NCBI GenBank assembly: GCA_949282975.1
Contig: CASDQY010000058.1
Span: 5,699-69,698, forward strand
Origin: an uncultured Oscillospiraceae bacterium
Lineage (GTDB): Bacteria > Bacillota > Clostridia > Oscillospirales > Ruminococcaceae
Direction: 5' to 3'
Length of the DNA stretch: 64,000 bases
In this document: in pieces, positions 9,940-20,084 of the stretch
Layout: the number at the start of each line of letters is the position of its first letter
How positions within the stretch are numbered: position 1 is the first letter of the stretch
Notes under the pieces: model-generated
What the model saw: the letters and a program-made list of their open reading frames with translations, nothing else
The model's database searches: none
What the model was told of the DNA's origin: nothing
Program-made: the position numbers and the translations under genes

Positions 9940-10896
9940 ATGAAAACACAGGACGCCCTGCGCCAGGCTGCGCAACAAGTAATGGAACAGGTTGGAACGG
10001 TGATCTTCGGGAAAGAAAGGGTCATTCGCCAGATTATGACCGCCTTTGTGGCAAACGGCCACATTTTGTTGGAGGATATCCCCGGCGTGGGGAAAACCAC
10101 GCTGGCGCTGGCCTTTTCCAAAGCCATGGAGCTGGAATATCACCGGATTCAATTTACCCCCGACGTGCTCCCCGCCGATCTTACCGGGTTCTCCATTTAC
10201 CGCCGGGAGGAAGAACAGTTCGTCTATCAACCGGGCAGCGTGTTCTGCAATCTGCTGCTGGCGGACGAAATCAACCGGACTTCCCCGAAAACCCAGTCGG
10301 CATTGTTGGAGGTAATGGAAGAACGCCGGGTGACGGTGGAAGGGGTTACCCGCCCGGTGCCCTCTCCTTTTCTGGTCATTGCCACCCAAAACCCGCTGGG
10401 CTCTGTTGGCTCTCAGCCGCTGCCGGAGCCGCAGGTGGACCGCTTTATGATCTCCATGTCCATCGGTTATCCGGATTACGATGGGGAATTGCGGATGGCC
10501 AAGAGCATCGGCCAAAAAAGCCGCCTGGATGATGTCTCGGCGGTGCTCAATCAAAAGACCTTGCTGGAGATTCAAAATCAGGCTTGTAATGTACATCTGA
10601 AGGACACCCTCTATCGTTATTTGGTAGAGCTGATTCAGGCCACCCGCACCCATCCCTATGTAGAGCAGGGGGGAAGCCCCCGTGCCACCATTGCGCTGGT
10701 ACGGCTGAGCCGAGCGTCTGCCTGGCTGGACGGCCGGGATTATGTCACGCCTCAGGACGTAGAGGAGCAGCTCCCTTATGTTCTGCGGCACCGGCTGGTG
10801 CTGGGAGCGGACGCCAAATTGGCGGAAGTTACTCCCGAGCAGGTTATTTCCGACGTGCTCCAGTCCGTGCACCGCCCCACCCTGGAGAAGGACTGA
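9940..10896 (+). CDS. MoxR-family AAA+ ATPase
   Basis: GHILLEDIPGVGKTTLALAFSK (Walker A), LLADEINRTSPKTQSALLEVMEE (Walker B/sensor) and 318 aa are typical of MoxR/RavA-like proteins. Confidence 0.9.
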   Translation: MKTQDALRQAAQQVMEQVGTVIFGKERVIRQIMTAFVANGHILLEDIPGVGKTTLALAFSKAMELEYHRIQFTPDVLPADLTGFSIYRREEEQFVYQPGSVFCNLLLADEINRTSPKTQSALLEVMEERRVTVEGVTRPVPSPFLVIATQNPLGSVGSQPLPEPQVDRFMISMSIGYPDYDGELRMAKSIGQKSRLDDVSAVLNQKTLLEIQNQACNVHLKDTLYRYLVELIQATRTHPYVEQGGSPRATIALVRLSRASAWLDGRDYVTPQDVEEQLPYVLRHRLVLGADAKLAEVTPEQVISDVLQSVHRPTLEKD

Positions 10897-10897
10897 A

Positions 10898-11983
10898 ATG
10901 AAAAAGATAATATACCTGCTTGCGCTGTTGGCAACGGTGGGGATCGGCGCAGTTTACCGGGTGGATCTGCTGTTTGCGTTGGGAATTGCTGAAATTCTGG
11001 TCTGGGTCTGTTTGGCGGTGATCACCAGGCTGCACCGCAAGCACTTGAAGCTGGGCTTTGAAAAGCAGCTTGCCACCACCATTCGCCAGAAAAAAGCGCC
11101 CTGCTCCCTGCGGGCGCAGAATACCAGCCGTTTTGCCATTGCGCAGTTCCGGGCCCGTTTGTGGTATGGTTATTATTGGGAGAAAAAGCCGAAAAAGATG
11201 TACCTGTACGGTTCGCTGGAGGGCAGGGAGGTGCAGCACAGCCGGGTGGAGCTTCCCGCCCTTTCCTGCGGCTTCCTTCAGCTCAGGCTGGATCGCATCC
11301 GTGTGTACGATTGGTTCGGCCTGACCTCTGCCCGATGCAAGGACAGCCCCCGCTGTCTGCTGGCGGTATTGCCTCCAACCCAGGCAATGACGGTGGAGCT
11401 TTCTTACCGTTCGGCCGGGGACAGCGCCGCCCTGCTGCTTCGTTCTCTCCCCCAGCAAAACGGGGATTCGGAGGAAATTCGCCAGCTTCGGGAATACCAG
11501 GACGGGGATCAAACCCGCAGCATTCATTGGAAGCAAAGCGCCCGCACGGATAAATTGTGGGTAAAAGAATACGAACAGCAGTCCGACCGATTGGTGGAGC
11601 TGCATTTGGTTTGGACGCAGTTCCGGTTCGCCCGGCCCCAGCAGCGGGAAGGGTTTTATACGATCCTGTCCTCACTGCTTTACGGTTTGCTGCGTGCCCT
11701 TCCCCAGGTACCGGTGTACTGGACGGAAGAAGAAAGAGGCCCCCGGAGTATGCTGCTCAATTCGGAGGAAGGGATCACCGATTTGCTGCTCCAGCTGTAC
11801 CATTTGGAGCAGGGGAGATCCCTTGCCGTGGACCATCCGGCGCCGCCCATTGCGCAGAAGGGCCGGATTATGCGGCTGGAATTTACCTCCGGTTTGCAGC
11901 TGCGGGAGGACCGTAAAGTGCTCTGCGATTTCTCCTCCCAACAGTATTCTCAGCAGCTTTCCCGTTTTACATTGCGGTTATAG
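10898..11983 (+). CDS. DUF58 domain protein (MoxR partner)
   Basis: ATG at 10898 lies 1 nt after the MoxR stop. N-terminal TM segments and the hallmark REYQDGDQTRSIHWKQSARTDKLWVKEYE. Confidence 0.85.
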   Translation: MKKIIYLLALLATVGIGAVYRVDLLFALGIAEILVWVCLAVITRLHRKHLKLGFEKQLATTIRQKKAPCSLRAQNTSRFAIAQFRARLWYGYYWEKKPKKMYLYGSLEGREVQHSRVELPALSCGFLQLRLDRIRVYDWFGLTSARCKDSPRCLLAVLPPTQAMTVELSYRSAGDSAALLLRSLPQQNGDSEEIRQLREYQDGDQTRSIHWKQSARTDKLWVKEYEQQSDRLVELHLVWTQFRFARPQQREGFYTILSSLLYGLLRALPQVPVYWTEEERGPRSMLLNSEEGITDLLLQLYHLEQGRSLAVDHPAPPIAQKGRIMRLEFTSGLQLREDRKVLCDFSSQQYSQQLSRFTLRL

Positions 11984-11986
11984 GGG

Positions 11987-14362
11987 GTGACAGCCTTGGA
12001 ACAAATTGCTGCGGCAAAGAAAAAATTCAGATATTGGTTCTGGCTGACCCCTTTGTTCTTATTCATTGGCCTCTGCGGAATCTGGTTTATGCTTGCCGGC
12101 GGGGAAGAAATCATCATCTTTTGGCCCTGGCCGGTTCTGCTGGCGCTGGCCCTGCTGGTCCCCTTTGGCTGGATGCTGGAAAAGCGCCCAAAGTGGGTGA
12201 AATGGGGGCTGCTGCTTTTGCTGGGACTGCTGGGCTTGGTGTTCTGGCTCTTTCAGACCGATCTGGTCAATCAGTTTTATCCCCTGCTGCAAAGTGTACT
12301 GGGGGGAAGGCCCGACCCCGTGGACGTTACCGGCGCAGTGGCCTTCCTCACAGCGGCGGTGACCTGGCTGCTGCTTGCCTGCCTTTGGGCGAAGCAGACC
12401 TGGCTGGTGTGGGTGCTGGGGACGGCGCTGCTGATTGCCCCGCCGCTGCTGGGGTTTTCCACAACCTGGCCGACACTGTTCTGCCTGGTGATATTTCTGG
12501 TGGGCTTTGCTGCTTTGGTTTATGGAAAACGGTCCAGCCGCCGGCGCAAGGTGGTGCTCCGGGGAACATCCCAGGCGGTTTCCGTTCAAAAAAGCAGCCT
12601 TTCCGCCGTGGCGTTGGCGCTGGTGGTGCTGCTGGCAGGATTGCTGGCGGTGAACTGGTTTGGCGATTCCTTATATTATCTGTCCGGCCGGATCCAGTAT
12701 CGGGTTGCCCAGGTGCAGCAGATCATCCTGCCCTTTGCCTCCAATTCCACCATGTCCAATAACGGCGTCATCAGCCGAAGCAGGCCCTTTTTTTCCGGGG
12801 AAGAACAGATCGCTGCCTATACCGATCTGCCCCCTGACGAAACCATCTATCTCAAAGGCTTTACCGGCGGAGAGTATCAGGGCGGTTCCTGGGGCGAAAT
12901 AGAGGAAAGCCAGCTCTTTCAAACCATTGAGGAGGATATGACCGAAGGCTGGAACAACCGCAGCGCCGCCGTGTTCCGCTATCTCTACTATAATCTGAAT
13001 CAGTGGACCCTTCGGGAAAATGCTCCCCAGCCCCGCAATCTGACTTTGATGGGGATTTATGGCCGGGATAACAGCTGGTATCCCCCGTATTACTATTATT
13101 GGAATACCTCCTACAGCATTCCGGACGGCTATCGCTTTTCCTACTATCAGCTTTCAGAGATTGATGTGGATTGGAACGCCATAGATCCTTCCCAGGAATA
13201 CCTGGCGGAGAATTACCGCCTGATTCAGGACGGTTATCAGGAACAGGCTCTTTCGGTCTATACTCAGGTCCCGGAAGAGCTCGTGCCCCAGCTTACGGAG
13301 CTTTGCCGGGACAATCCCCAGGAAGAGCTGGAGGATATCATTGCCTTTATCCGCACCACCCTGCACACGCATCTGCGCTATACCACCTCCCCCGATACCA
13401 TCCCCTACAACGTGGATCCGGTGGAATATTCCCTCTTTGAGGGACATGAAGGCTATTGCCAGCACTTTGCTTCGGCAGCGGTACTCATGTTCCGGCTTTA
13501 CGGCATTCCCGCCCGTTATGTTTCCGGCTATGCCGTGGACCCCGAGGATTTTGAAATTCAGGAGAACGGGGAGTACCGGGCCTCCATCTCGGACTTAAAT
13601 GCCCATGCCTGGCCGGAGATCTTTTTGGAGGATTATGGCTGGATACCCATTGAAGTAACCTTTGATGATTTTTACAATACTCTGCCAACGGATGAGGAAA
13701 CCCAGTCCCAAACCTCTTCTACCCTTTCTGCTGTCTCTTCCGTTTCCGCACAGCAGAACGAATCGGAGCTTTCCACCTCCTCGCTTTTGGAAGGAGATGC
13801 CTCCAACTCCCAGGAGAACCTGGGGGATTCCGGCCTGCCGCTGTGGTTCTGGTGGGTGTTCGGCGGGGTCTTAACGGTCATGGTGCTGATTTTGGTGCTG
13901 CTGCTCTGGCGGGCCATGCGGCTCAGCCGGTTGAAGGCTGGGGCCAAGGCAAACACCAAAAAGAGAAAATTGAAACTTCCGAAAGCATTGAATAAGCTTT
14001 TGGATCGATTAAAAGGACTCAGCGCTCATCTTCCATATTGGATGCAGCGCAGTTCCGGCGGTGTTCGTGGCGAATGGAGCCGGATGATCCGGGTGTTGGA
14101 ATTTGGCGGCTTCTGGGAAGAAACGCAGCAGCCCGCCGAAGAATATTTCCGCAGCCATCCCCAGGCCAACCCCTTCCTGACGCCGGAGGAAATGCTCCGG
14201 GTGTTGGAGATTGTGGGTCAGGCAGCGTATGGGAAAAACCCGGTGGATTCAGCCCAGGCTCAGTTTGTACAGGATGCCTACCTTCGCACCGCCAAAGGCG
14301 TGTACCAAACGCTGCCCTGGGTTCGCAAAATCTGGTTCAAGTGGTTCTGGGTGGCGCTGTAA
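11987..14362 (+). CDS. Transglutaminase-like membrane protein
   Basis: GTG start. Multiple N-terminal TM segments. Transglutaminase core GYCQHFASAAVLMFRLYGIPARYVSGY...NAHAWPEIFLEDYGWIPIE (Cys-His-Asp/Glu). Third gene of a typical MoxR-DUF58-TGase operon. Confidence 0.85.
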   Translation: MTALEQIAAAKKKFRYWFWLTPLFLFIGLCGIWFMLAGGEEIIIFWPWPVLLALALLVPFGWMLEKRPKWVKWGLLLLLGLLGLVFWLFQTDLVNQFYPLLQSVLGGRPDPVDVTGAVAFLTAAVTWLLLACLWAKQTWLVWVLGTALLIAPPLLGFSTTWPTLFCLVIFLVGFAALVYGKRSSRRRKVVLRGTSQAVSVQKSSLSAVALALVVLLAGLLAVNWFGDSLYYLSGRIQYRVAQVQQIILPFASNSTMSNNGVISRSRPFFSGEEQIAAYTDLPPDETIYLKGFTGGEYQGGSWGEIEESQLFQTIEEDMTEGWNNRSAAVFRYLYYNLNQWTLRENAPQPRNLTLMGIYGRDNSWYPPYYYYWNTSYSIPDGYRFSYYQLSEIDVDWNAIDPSQEYLAENYRLIQDGYQEQALSVYTQVPEELVPQLTELCRDNPQEELEDIIAFIRTTLHTHLRYTTSPDTIPYNVDPVEYSLFEGHEGYCQHFASAAVLMFRLYGIPARYVSGYAVDPEDFEIQENGEYRASISDLNAHAWPEIFLEDYGWIPIEVTFDDFYNTLPTDEETQSQTSSTLSAVSSVSAQQNESELSTSSLLEGDASNSQENLGDSGLPLWFWWVFGGVLTVMVLILVLLLWRAMRLSRLKAGAKANTKKRKLKLPKALNKLLDRLKGLSAHLPYWMQRSSGGVRGEWSRMIRVLEFGGFWEETQQPAEEYFRSHPQANPFLTPEEMLRVLEIVGQAAYGKNPVDSAQAQFVQDAYLRTAKGVYQTLPWVRKIWFKWFWVAL

Positions 14363-14421
14363 TCCCCAAAGGCGTTTGGCGTTGTGCCAAACGCTTCGCC
14401 CAAACAAAACCATAATCCCCC

Positions 14422-14466
14422 CTCGACGGCTTTGGAAAGAAGTTTCTTCCCGGGCCGTCGAGTTTT
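14422..14466 (+). terminator. Terminator after the transglutaminase gene
   Basis: CTCGACGGC...GCCGTCGAG 9-bp stem (long loop) followed by TTTT. Confidence 0.55.
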
Positions 14467-14536
14467 GGCTTTCTCAGAAAAGAAATGGAAATTTCGGGAA
14501 AACCCGCAGTTTTTCATCCGCTTTCCGGCTTTTCTT

Positions 14537-14565
14537 TTGACAATGGCGGTGAAGTCTAGTATAAT
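14537..14565 (+). promoter_or_regulatory. Consensus sigma-A promoter
   Basis: TTGACA (14537-14542), a 17-nt spacer, then TATAAT (14560-14565), upstream of the exonuclease gene. Confidence 0.65.
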
Positions 14566-14607
14566 ATTCATTTGAAAGCGAAAGCAGAAACAGAAGGGGG
14601 CAGGCCT

Positions 14608-15561
14608 GTGAATTATCTGGTGTTGGATCTGGAATGGAATCAGCCCATGGATCCCGGTGCGCCGCAGCTTCAGGGCCTGCGGACCACCTTAAACGGCGAG
14701 ATCATTCAAATCGGGGCAGTGGCGCTGAATGAAAACAGCCAGATCACCGGCACCTATACCTGGCTGGTGCGCCCCACCTTTTTGTGGCAGATGCATTATC
14801 ATGTCCGCTCCCTCACCGGCCTTACCATTCAAAAGGTGAAGAAAGGCATCCTCTTTCCGGAAGCAAACCGGCAGCTTTCCGCTCTCTGCGGGCCGGATAC
14901 CCTGATTTTAACCTGGGGGCCGGACGATATCCACATCCTTCGCCAGAATCTTCTCCTCCATGATTTGGAAGATTGGGTGGGGGAATGGTGCGATCTTCAG
15001 CTGGTATATGCCCGGCAGATGGGGGAAAAGGGACAAACCTCCCTGCAATCCGCTATGGAAGCCCTTCATATTCAGGCGGATCGCCCGGCTCATGACGCTT
15101 TGAACGACGCTTGGTTCACCGCTCTGGTGGCCCAGAAATTGGATTTGAAGCTGGGGCAAAAGCAGTATCGGGAATACGCTCAGCGGCAAAAAGAAAAGAA
15201 GCAGGCTCAGGCCAAACGGCGGCAGAAATATCCCCTTTCCGGCGAAACCGGGGCAGGGTACGCCCATCGGGGAGACGCCTTTCAGGATCCCCGTTTAGGC
15301 CGGATGCGCTGCCCGGATTGCAAGCATCCTTTAAAACAGACCTCCTGGTTCAAGCTGGACAAACGGCGGTTTGTTGCTTTGGGCGTTTGCCCCAAGCACG
15401 GCCGGTTTATCGGCCAGATCCGTTTGATCCGCTCCCAACAGGAAAACAAATGGCGTGGAAAACGCTCCATTTATGCGGCCAGTCCGGAAAAGCTGGCCCA
15501 GTTTGAAGCGGTGCGCCAAAAAAGAACAACCCGGCAGCCCCGGGTCAAAAAAGGAGGTTAA
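14608..15561 (+). CDS. DEDD-type 3'-5' exonuclease domain protein with C-terminal zinc-ribbon-like segment
   Basis: GTG at 14608 follows GAAGGGGG. NYLVLDLEWNQ (Exo I), later HDALNDAW (Exo III). The C-terminus carries CPDCKH...CPKHG. Confidence 0.7.
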   Translation: MNYLVLDLEWNQPMDPGAPQLQGLRTTLNGEIIQIGAVALNENSQITGTYTWLVRPTFLWQMHYHVRSLTGLTIQKVKKGILFPEANRQLSALCGPDTLILTWGPDDIHILRQNLLLHDLEDWVGEWCDLQLVYARQMGEKGQTSLQSAMEALHIQADRPAHDALNDAWFTALVAQKLDLKLGQKQYREYAQRQKEKKQAQAKRRQKYPLSGETGAGYAHRGDAFQDPRLGRMRCPDCKHPLKQTSWFKLDKRRFVALGVCPKHGRFIGQIRLIRSQQENKWRGKRSIYAASPEKLAQFEAVRQKRTTRQPRVKKGG

Positions 15562-15564
15562 GTT

Positions 15565-16635
15565 TTGCCGGAGTTGATGATGGCCATGAGCGGGGGGGTG
15601 GATTCCTCCGCCGCTTTGCTGCTGCTAAAGGAACAATATCAGATTACCGGTGCCACCATGCTGCTTTATTCTCCGTCGGATCAGCAGGGATGCGGTTCTT
15701 TCCGGGAAGCAGAGGACGCAAAAGCCGTGGCGGATAAATTGGGGCTGCCCCACCTCATTCTGGATTTCCGGACGGAGTTCCGCCGCCGGGTGATGGAGCC
15801 GTTTTCCCGGGATTATTTTCGGGGGGAAACCCCCAATCCCTGTATCGAATGCAACCGTTACCTGAAATTCGGGGCGTTGTTGGAGGAAGCTTTGAAGCGG
15901 AACATTCCCTATCTGGCCACCGGCCATTATGTCCGCAAGGGCTATGATCCGGCTTCCGGCCGGTATTACCTTTATAAAGCGGCGGACGAAAGCAAAGACC
16001 AGAGTTATGTGCTTTACCATCTCAGCCAGCGCCAGCTTGCCCATGCCGTGTTCCCGTTGGGAGAATATACCAAACCGCAAATCCGTGCCCTGGCGGAACA
16101 GGCCGGATTGGTCACGGCCAAAAAAAAGGACAGCCAGGATATCTGCTTTGTGCCGGATGGAGATTATGTAGGATTTCTCCGCCGGTTTGATTCCCGAACC
16201 TGCCCCCCGGGAAAATTTATTGACCGGCAGGGAAGGGAATTGGGGGAACACCCCGGCATTATTTACTACACCGTCGGCCAGCGCAAGGGCCTGGGGGTCA
16301 CTTTTGGCAAGCCTATGTATGTACTGGCCAAAGATGCCGCCCGTCATACCGTGACCCTGGGGGAGAACCAGGAGCTGTTTTCCCGCCGGGTGTTGGTGAA
16401 CCGGCTCTGCTGGATGTATCTTCCGGGCATTACCGAACCGGTGCGGGTCCAGGCGAAACTGCGGTATAATATGAAGGAACAGCCCTGTACCCTGATCCCC
16501 CACGGCAGCGATCAGGTGGTGCTGGAATTCGATGCGCCCCAGCGGGCCGCCGCACCGGGGCAGTCGGCGGTGTTTTATCTGGAAGATAAAGTGGCCGGAG
16601 GCGGCGTAATCGTTTCCTCCCTGCCTGAGGAATAA
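15565..16635 (+). CDS. mnmA: tRNA 2-thiouridine(34) synthase
   Basis: PP-loop AMSGGVDSSAA, NPCIECNRYLKF and conserved MnmA length. The exact start (TTG at 15565 or an ATG a few codons later) is uncertain. Confidence 0.9.
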   Translation: MPELMMAMSGGVDSSAALLLLKEQYQITGATMLLYSPSDQQGCGSFREAEDAKAVADKLGLPHLILDFRTEFRRRVMEPFSRDYFRGETPNPCIECNRYLKFGALLEEALKRNIPYLATGHYVRKGYDPASGRYYLYKAADESKDQSYVLYHLSQRQLAHAVFPLGEYTKPQIRALAEQAGLVTAKKKDSQDICFVPDGDYVGFLRRFDSRTCPPGKFIDRQGRELGEHPGIIYYTVGQRKGLGVTFGKPMYVLAKDAARHTVTLGENQELFSRRVLVNRLCWMYLPGITEPVRVQAKLRYNMKEQPCTLIPHGSDQVVLEFDAPQRAAAPGQSAVFYLEDKVAGGGVIVSSLPEE

Positions 16636-16641
16636 AAAGAG

Positions 16642-16674
16642 AACAGCCGCCTGTGGCAGCAGACGGCTGTTTGG
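16642..16674 (+). terminator. Candidate terminator after mnmA
   Basis: AACAGCCG...CGGCTGTT hairpin followed by a short T tract. Confidence 0.5.
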
Positions 16675-16890
16675 AGAAAGGAGTACCAGGAAACGGCAAT
16701 TCAAAACGGCTCGGCGGCGGGCGGGTTGTCCATCACCCCGGGGCGGCCATCCTGACCGGCCGGCCCAAACGGGGAACCTCCAGCGGCCAAGCCACCGTGA
16801 ATTGATCCGCATCCTTAGGATACACCAAACATCCCGTCCGGTTTGTCGAAGCCGGTCGGCAAGCAAAAATTTGATTTTAGGAGCGCTGTT

Positions 16891-18087
16891 ATGCTGTTGG
16901 TCAACGCCCGGCTGGAACCGGTGGAAACTCCCGCTGTAGCCAGGGGCTTTTTGCAGATTCAAGATGGAAAGATCATCGCTTTGGGCAAGATGGATTCTCC
17001 GCTGCCCAAAGAGGAAGAGGTTTATGATCTGTCCGGCTATACCATTTATCCGGGGTTTATTGATGCCCATTGCCATTTGGGAATGTGGGAGGACGGATTG
17101 AACTTTGAAGGGGATGACGGCAACGAGCAAACCGACCCGGTGACCCCGCAGCTTCGTGCCATAGATGCCGTCAATCCCATGGAACACTGTTTTGCAGAGG
17201 CTTTGGAAGGGGGGGTTACCACCGTCCTGACCGGCCCCGGCAGCGCCAACGCCATCGGCGGAAGCTGGTGCGCCATGAAAACCATGGGCCGAAGGGTGGA
17301 CGATATGGTGCTCAACCCCAACGTGGGCATGAAGTTTGCCCTGGGGGAAAACCCAAAAACCGTTTATCATGACCGGGATGAAACCCCGGTGACCAGAATG
17401 GCGGTGGCCGCCCTGATACGGGAACAGCTTCAGAAAGCCAAGGAATATCAAAAGGCCAAGCGCAAGGCCAAGCGGGAGGAGGGCGATCCCCCGGAATACG
17501 ACGCCAAGTGTGAAGCGCTGCTGCCGGTATTAAAGGGAAAGTGCAAGGCTTTCTTCCATTGCCATCGGGCGGACGACATCTTCACCGCCATTCGCATCGC
17601 CAGGGAATTTTCCCTGGATCTGGTGCTGGTTCATGCCACCGAAGGCTATCTGGTGGCAGATATCTTACAGCAGGAACAGGCCAAGATCATTGCCGGCCCC
17701 GTGCTCTGCGATCGCTCCAAACCGGAAATGGGGAAGGCCTCCATTGAAAATGCCGCCAAGCTTTGGCAGGCAGGCCTGCCCTGCGCCATCTGCACCGACC
17801 ATCCGGTGATCCCCATTCAGTACCTTCCCCTGTCGGCGGGAATTGCCATTCGGGGCGGGCTGGACCGGGATCAGGCTCTGGCCGCCATCACCCTCCTTCC
17901 TGCCCGGCTTACCGGATTGGCCCATCGGGTGGGCAGTTTGGCGGTAGGGAAGGACGCCGATTTGGTTGTGGCCAAGGAGGATATTTTTTCTTCGTATTTT
18001 ATCCCTTCGGCGGTGTTTTGCAATGGAAATCTGGCCGCCCAAGGAACGGATTCACCCTTTAGAAAGCAGGTTGAAAACAATGCGTGA
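16891..18087 (+). CDS. Amidohydrolase family metallo-hydrolase
   Basis: ATG at 16891 follows TAGGAG. The metal-binding motif GFIDAHCHLGMWEDG and the C-terminal DHPV...GKDADLV pattern fit the amidohydrolase superfamily. Confidence 0.85.
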   Translation: MLLVNARLEPVETPAVARGFLQIQDGKIIALGKMDSPLPKEEEVYDLSGYTIYPGFIDAHCHLGMWEDGLNFEGDDGNEQTDPVTPQLRAIDAVNPMEHCFAEALEGGVTTVLTGPGSANAIGGSWCAMKTMGRRVDDMVLNPNVGMKFALGENPKTVYHDRDETPVTRMAVAALIREQLQKAKEYQKAKRKAKREEGDPPEYDAKCEALLPVLKGKCKAFFHCHRADDIFTAIRIAREFSLDLVLVHATEGYLVADILQQEQAKIIAGPVLCDRSKPEMGKASIENAAKLWQAGLPCAICTDHPVIPIQYLPLSAGIAIRGGLDRDQALAAITLLPARLTGLAHRVGSLAVGKDADLVVAKEDIFSSYFIPSAVFCNGNLAAQGTDSPFRKQVENNA

Positions 18088-18922
18088 ACTCTCTGTCCAT
18101 GAGATTACCGCTGCGGTGCGGGATCTCTGCATCCAGGCCAATATGGTGCTGCCGGAAGATTTGAAGGAAACCATCGGCTGCCGCCGTCGGCAGGAGCCGT
18201 TTGGGCTGGCAAAGCAGATTTTGGGGGATTTAGAGGAAAACCTCGCCGCCGCCGGTGAGCTTCAGGTTCCGATCTGTCAGGATACCGGTATGGCAGTGGT
18301 GTTTTTAAGCCTTGGCCAGGAGGTCCATCTGGTGGACGGCGATCTCAATGAAGCGGTAAACGAAGGGGTGCGCCAGGGCTATGAACAGGGCAAACTGCGC
18401 AAATCCATCGTCAGGGACCCCCTGCGCCGGGTGAACACCAATGACAACACCCCCGCCGTGCTGCATCTTTCCATGGCGCCGGGGGAACAGGTGGAAATTA
18501 CGGTGGCCCCCAAAGGATTCGGCAGCGAAAATATGAGCGGGATCAAAATGTTTACCCCTTCCGCTACCCGGGAAGACATTATAAATTATCTGACCTCCCA
18601 CATTGCAAAGGCGGGAAGCAACCCCTGCCCGCCCATGGTGATCGGGGTGGGCATCGGCGGTGATTTTGAACTTTGCGCCTATCTGGCCAAAAAGGCTCTG
18701 TGCCGCCCGGTGAGCCGGCGCAATCCGGATGAATACTACGCTTCTATGGAAGAAGAACTACTGGAGCGGGTAAACGCTCTGGGCATCGGCCCACAGGGGT
18801 TTGGCGGAGAGACCACCGCCTTGGCAGTCAACATTGAAACCTTTCCCACCCATATTGCCGGCTTGCCGGTAGCGGTGAACGTGGGCTGCCATGTCACCCG
18901 GCACGCCCACCGGGTGCTGTAA
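18080..18922 (+). CDS. Fe-S type (class I) fumarate/tartrate hydro-lyase, alpha subunit
   Basis: ATG at 18080 overlaps the amidohydrolase stop. 280 aa with ICQDTGMAVVF and the alpha-type catalytic-domain pattern. Confidence 0.85.
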   Translation: MRELSVHEITAAVRDLCIQANMVLPEDLKETIGCRRRQEPFGLAKQILGDLEENLAAAGELQVPICQDTGMAVVFLSLGQEVHLVDGDLNEAVNEGVRQGYEQGKLRKSIVRDPLRRVNTNDNTPAVLHLSMAPGEQVEITVAPKGFGSENMSGIKMFTPSATREDIINYLTSHIAKAGSNPCPPMVIGVGIGGDFELCAYLAKKALCRPVSRRNPDEYYASMEEELLERVNALGIGPQGFGGETTALAVNIETFPTHIAGLPVAVNVGCHVTRHAHRVL

Positions 18923-18935
18923 CGAAAGGAGAGCT

Positions 18936-20084
18936 ATGGAAACAATCCTGCGCTACGCAGCGCCCTGCCAGTTTGGGCTGGAGGGCATTCTGGCCGGAGA
19001 ATTGCGGCGGTTGGACGCCAAAGACGTTCTGGCGGAAAATGGCCGGGTGCTGTTTTCCGGCGGGCTGGAGATCCTGGCCCGGGCAAATCTTTGCTTGCGC
19101 ACCGCCGAACGGGTGCAGATCCTTTTGGGCGAGTTTACCGCCAAAAGCTTTGAAGAGCTCTATCAGGGCATGAAGGCGCTGCCCCTGGAAGAATTTATCG
19201 GAAAAGCCGACCGCTTTCCGGTCAAAGGTTACAGCCTGAATTCCACCCTGCACAGTGTGCCGGACTGCCAATCCATCCTGAAAAAAGCGGCGGTGGATCG
19301 GCTGAAACAGCACTATCGCATCGACTGGTTCCCGGAAAAAAACGCCCTCTGCCAGCTTCAGTTTTCCATTTTAAAGGACAAAGTCAGCATCCTGCTGGAC
19401 ACCAGCGGCCCCGGCCTTCATAAACGTGGTTGGCGTGCCCACTCCAACGCCGCCCCCATCAAAGAAACTTTGGCGGCGGGCATTGTGGACTGCGCCCGGG
19501 TAAAGGGATACAGCACCGTCTGCGATCCTTTCTGCGGCTCCGGCACCCTGATCATCGAAGCGGCGGCCAAAGCGCTGAACATTCCCCCCTGCCTGCGGCG
19601 AAAATTTGCCGCTCAGGAATTCGGTTTCATGCCGGAAAGCATCTGGCAGCAGGAGCGGGCCCGTGGCCTGGATCTGATCCGCCGGGATGCAGAATTTCAT
19701 GGATACGCCTGGGATTTGGACCCGGCCTGTGTAGAACTTACCCGGGAAAATGCCAAAAAGGCCGGACTGGGCAAACGGATTACCGTGGCCCAGCGGGACA
19801 TCAGGGATTTCACCCCGCTTCCCAAAGGAATCACTCTCTGCAATCCGCCCTATGGGGAACGGATGCTGGATCAGCAGCAGGCCCGGCAGATTTACCGCAC
19901 CATGGGAAAGGTTTTTACCCGCACACAGGGCGAAAGCTATTACATCATTACCCCGGATTCGGAGTTTCCTCATTGTTTTGGACAATCGCCGGATAAACAG
20001 CGCAAGCTGTATAACGGTATGTTAAAATGTTATCTGTATCAGTATTTCAAACCCCTTCCCGAAAGGAGCCACGGCCATGAATGA
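18936..20084 (+). CDS. THUMP-domain class I SAM-dependent RNA methyltransferase (RlmL/YpsC-like)
   Basis: ATG at 18936 follows GAAAGGAGAG. SAM motif DPFCGSGTLIIEAA and catalytic NPPYGERM. Confidence 0.85.
   Translation: METILRYAAPCQFGLEGILAGELRRLDAKDVLAENGRVLFSGGLEILARANLCLRTAERVQILLGEFTAKSFEELYQGMKALPLEEFIGKADRFPVKGYSLNSTLHSVPDCQSILKKAAVDRLKQHYRIDWFPEKNALCQLQFSILKDKVSILLDTSGPGLHKRGWRAHSNAAPIKETLAAGIVDCARVKGYSTVCDPFCGSGTLIIEAAAKALNIPPCLRRKFAAQEFGFMPESIWQQERARGLDLIRRDAEFHGYAWDLDPACVELTRENAKKAGLGKRITVAQRDIRDFTPLPKGITLCNPPYGERMLDQQQARQIYRTMGKVFTRTQGESYYIITPDSEFPHCFGQSPDKQRKLYNGMLKCYLYQYFKPLPERSHGHE

Noticed and set aside
15625-17451. 608-aa minus-strand ORF
   Set aside because: It is antisense to mnmA and the amidohydrolase gene and crosses their intergenic terminator. 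Its composition marks it as a shadow ORF.
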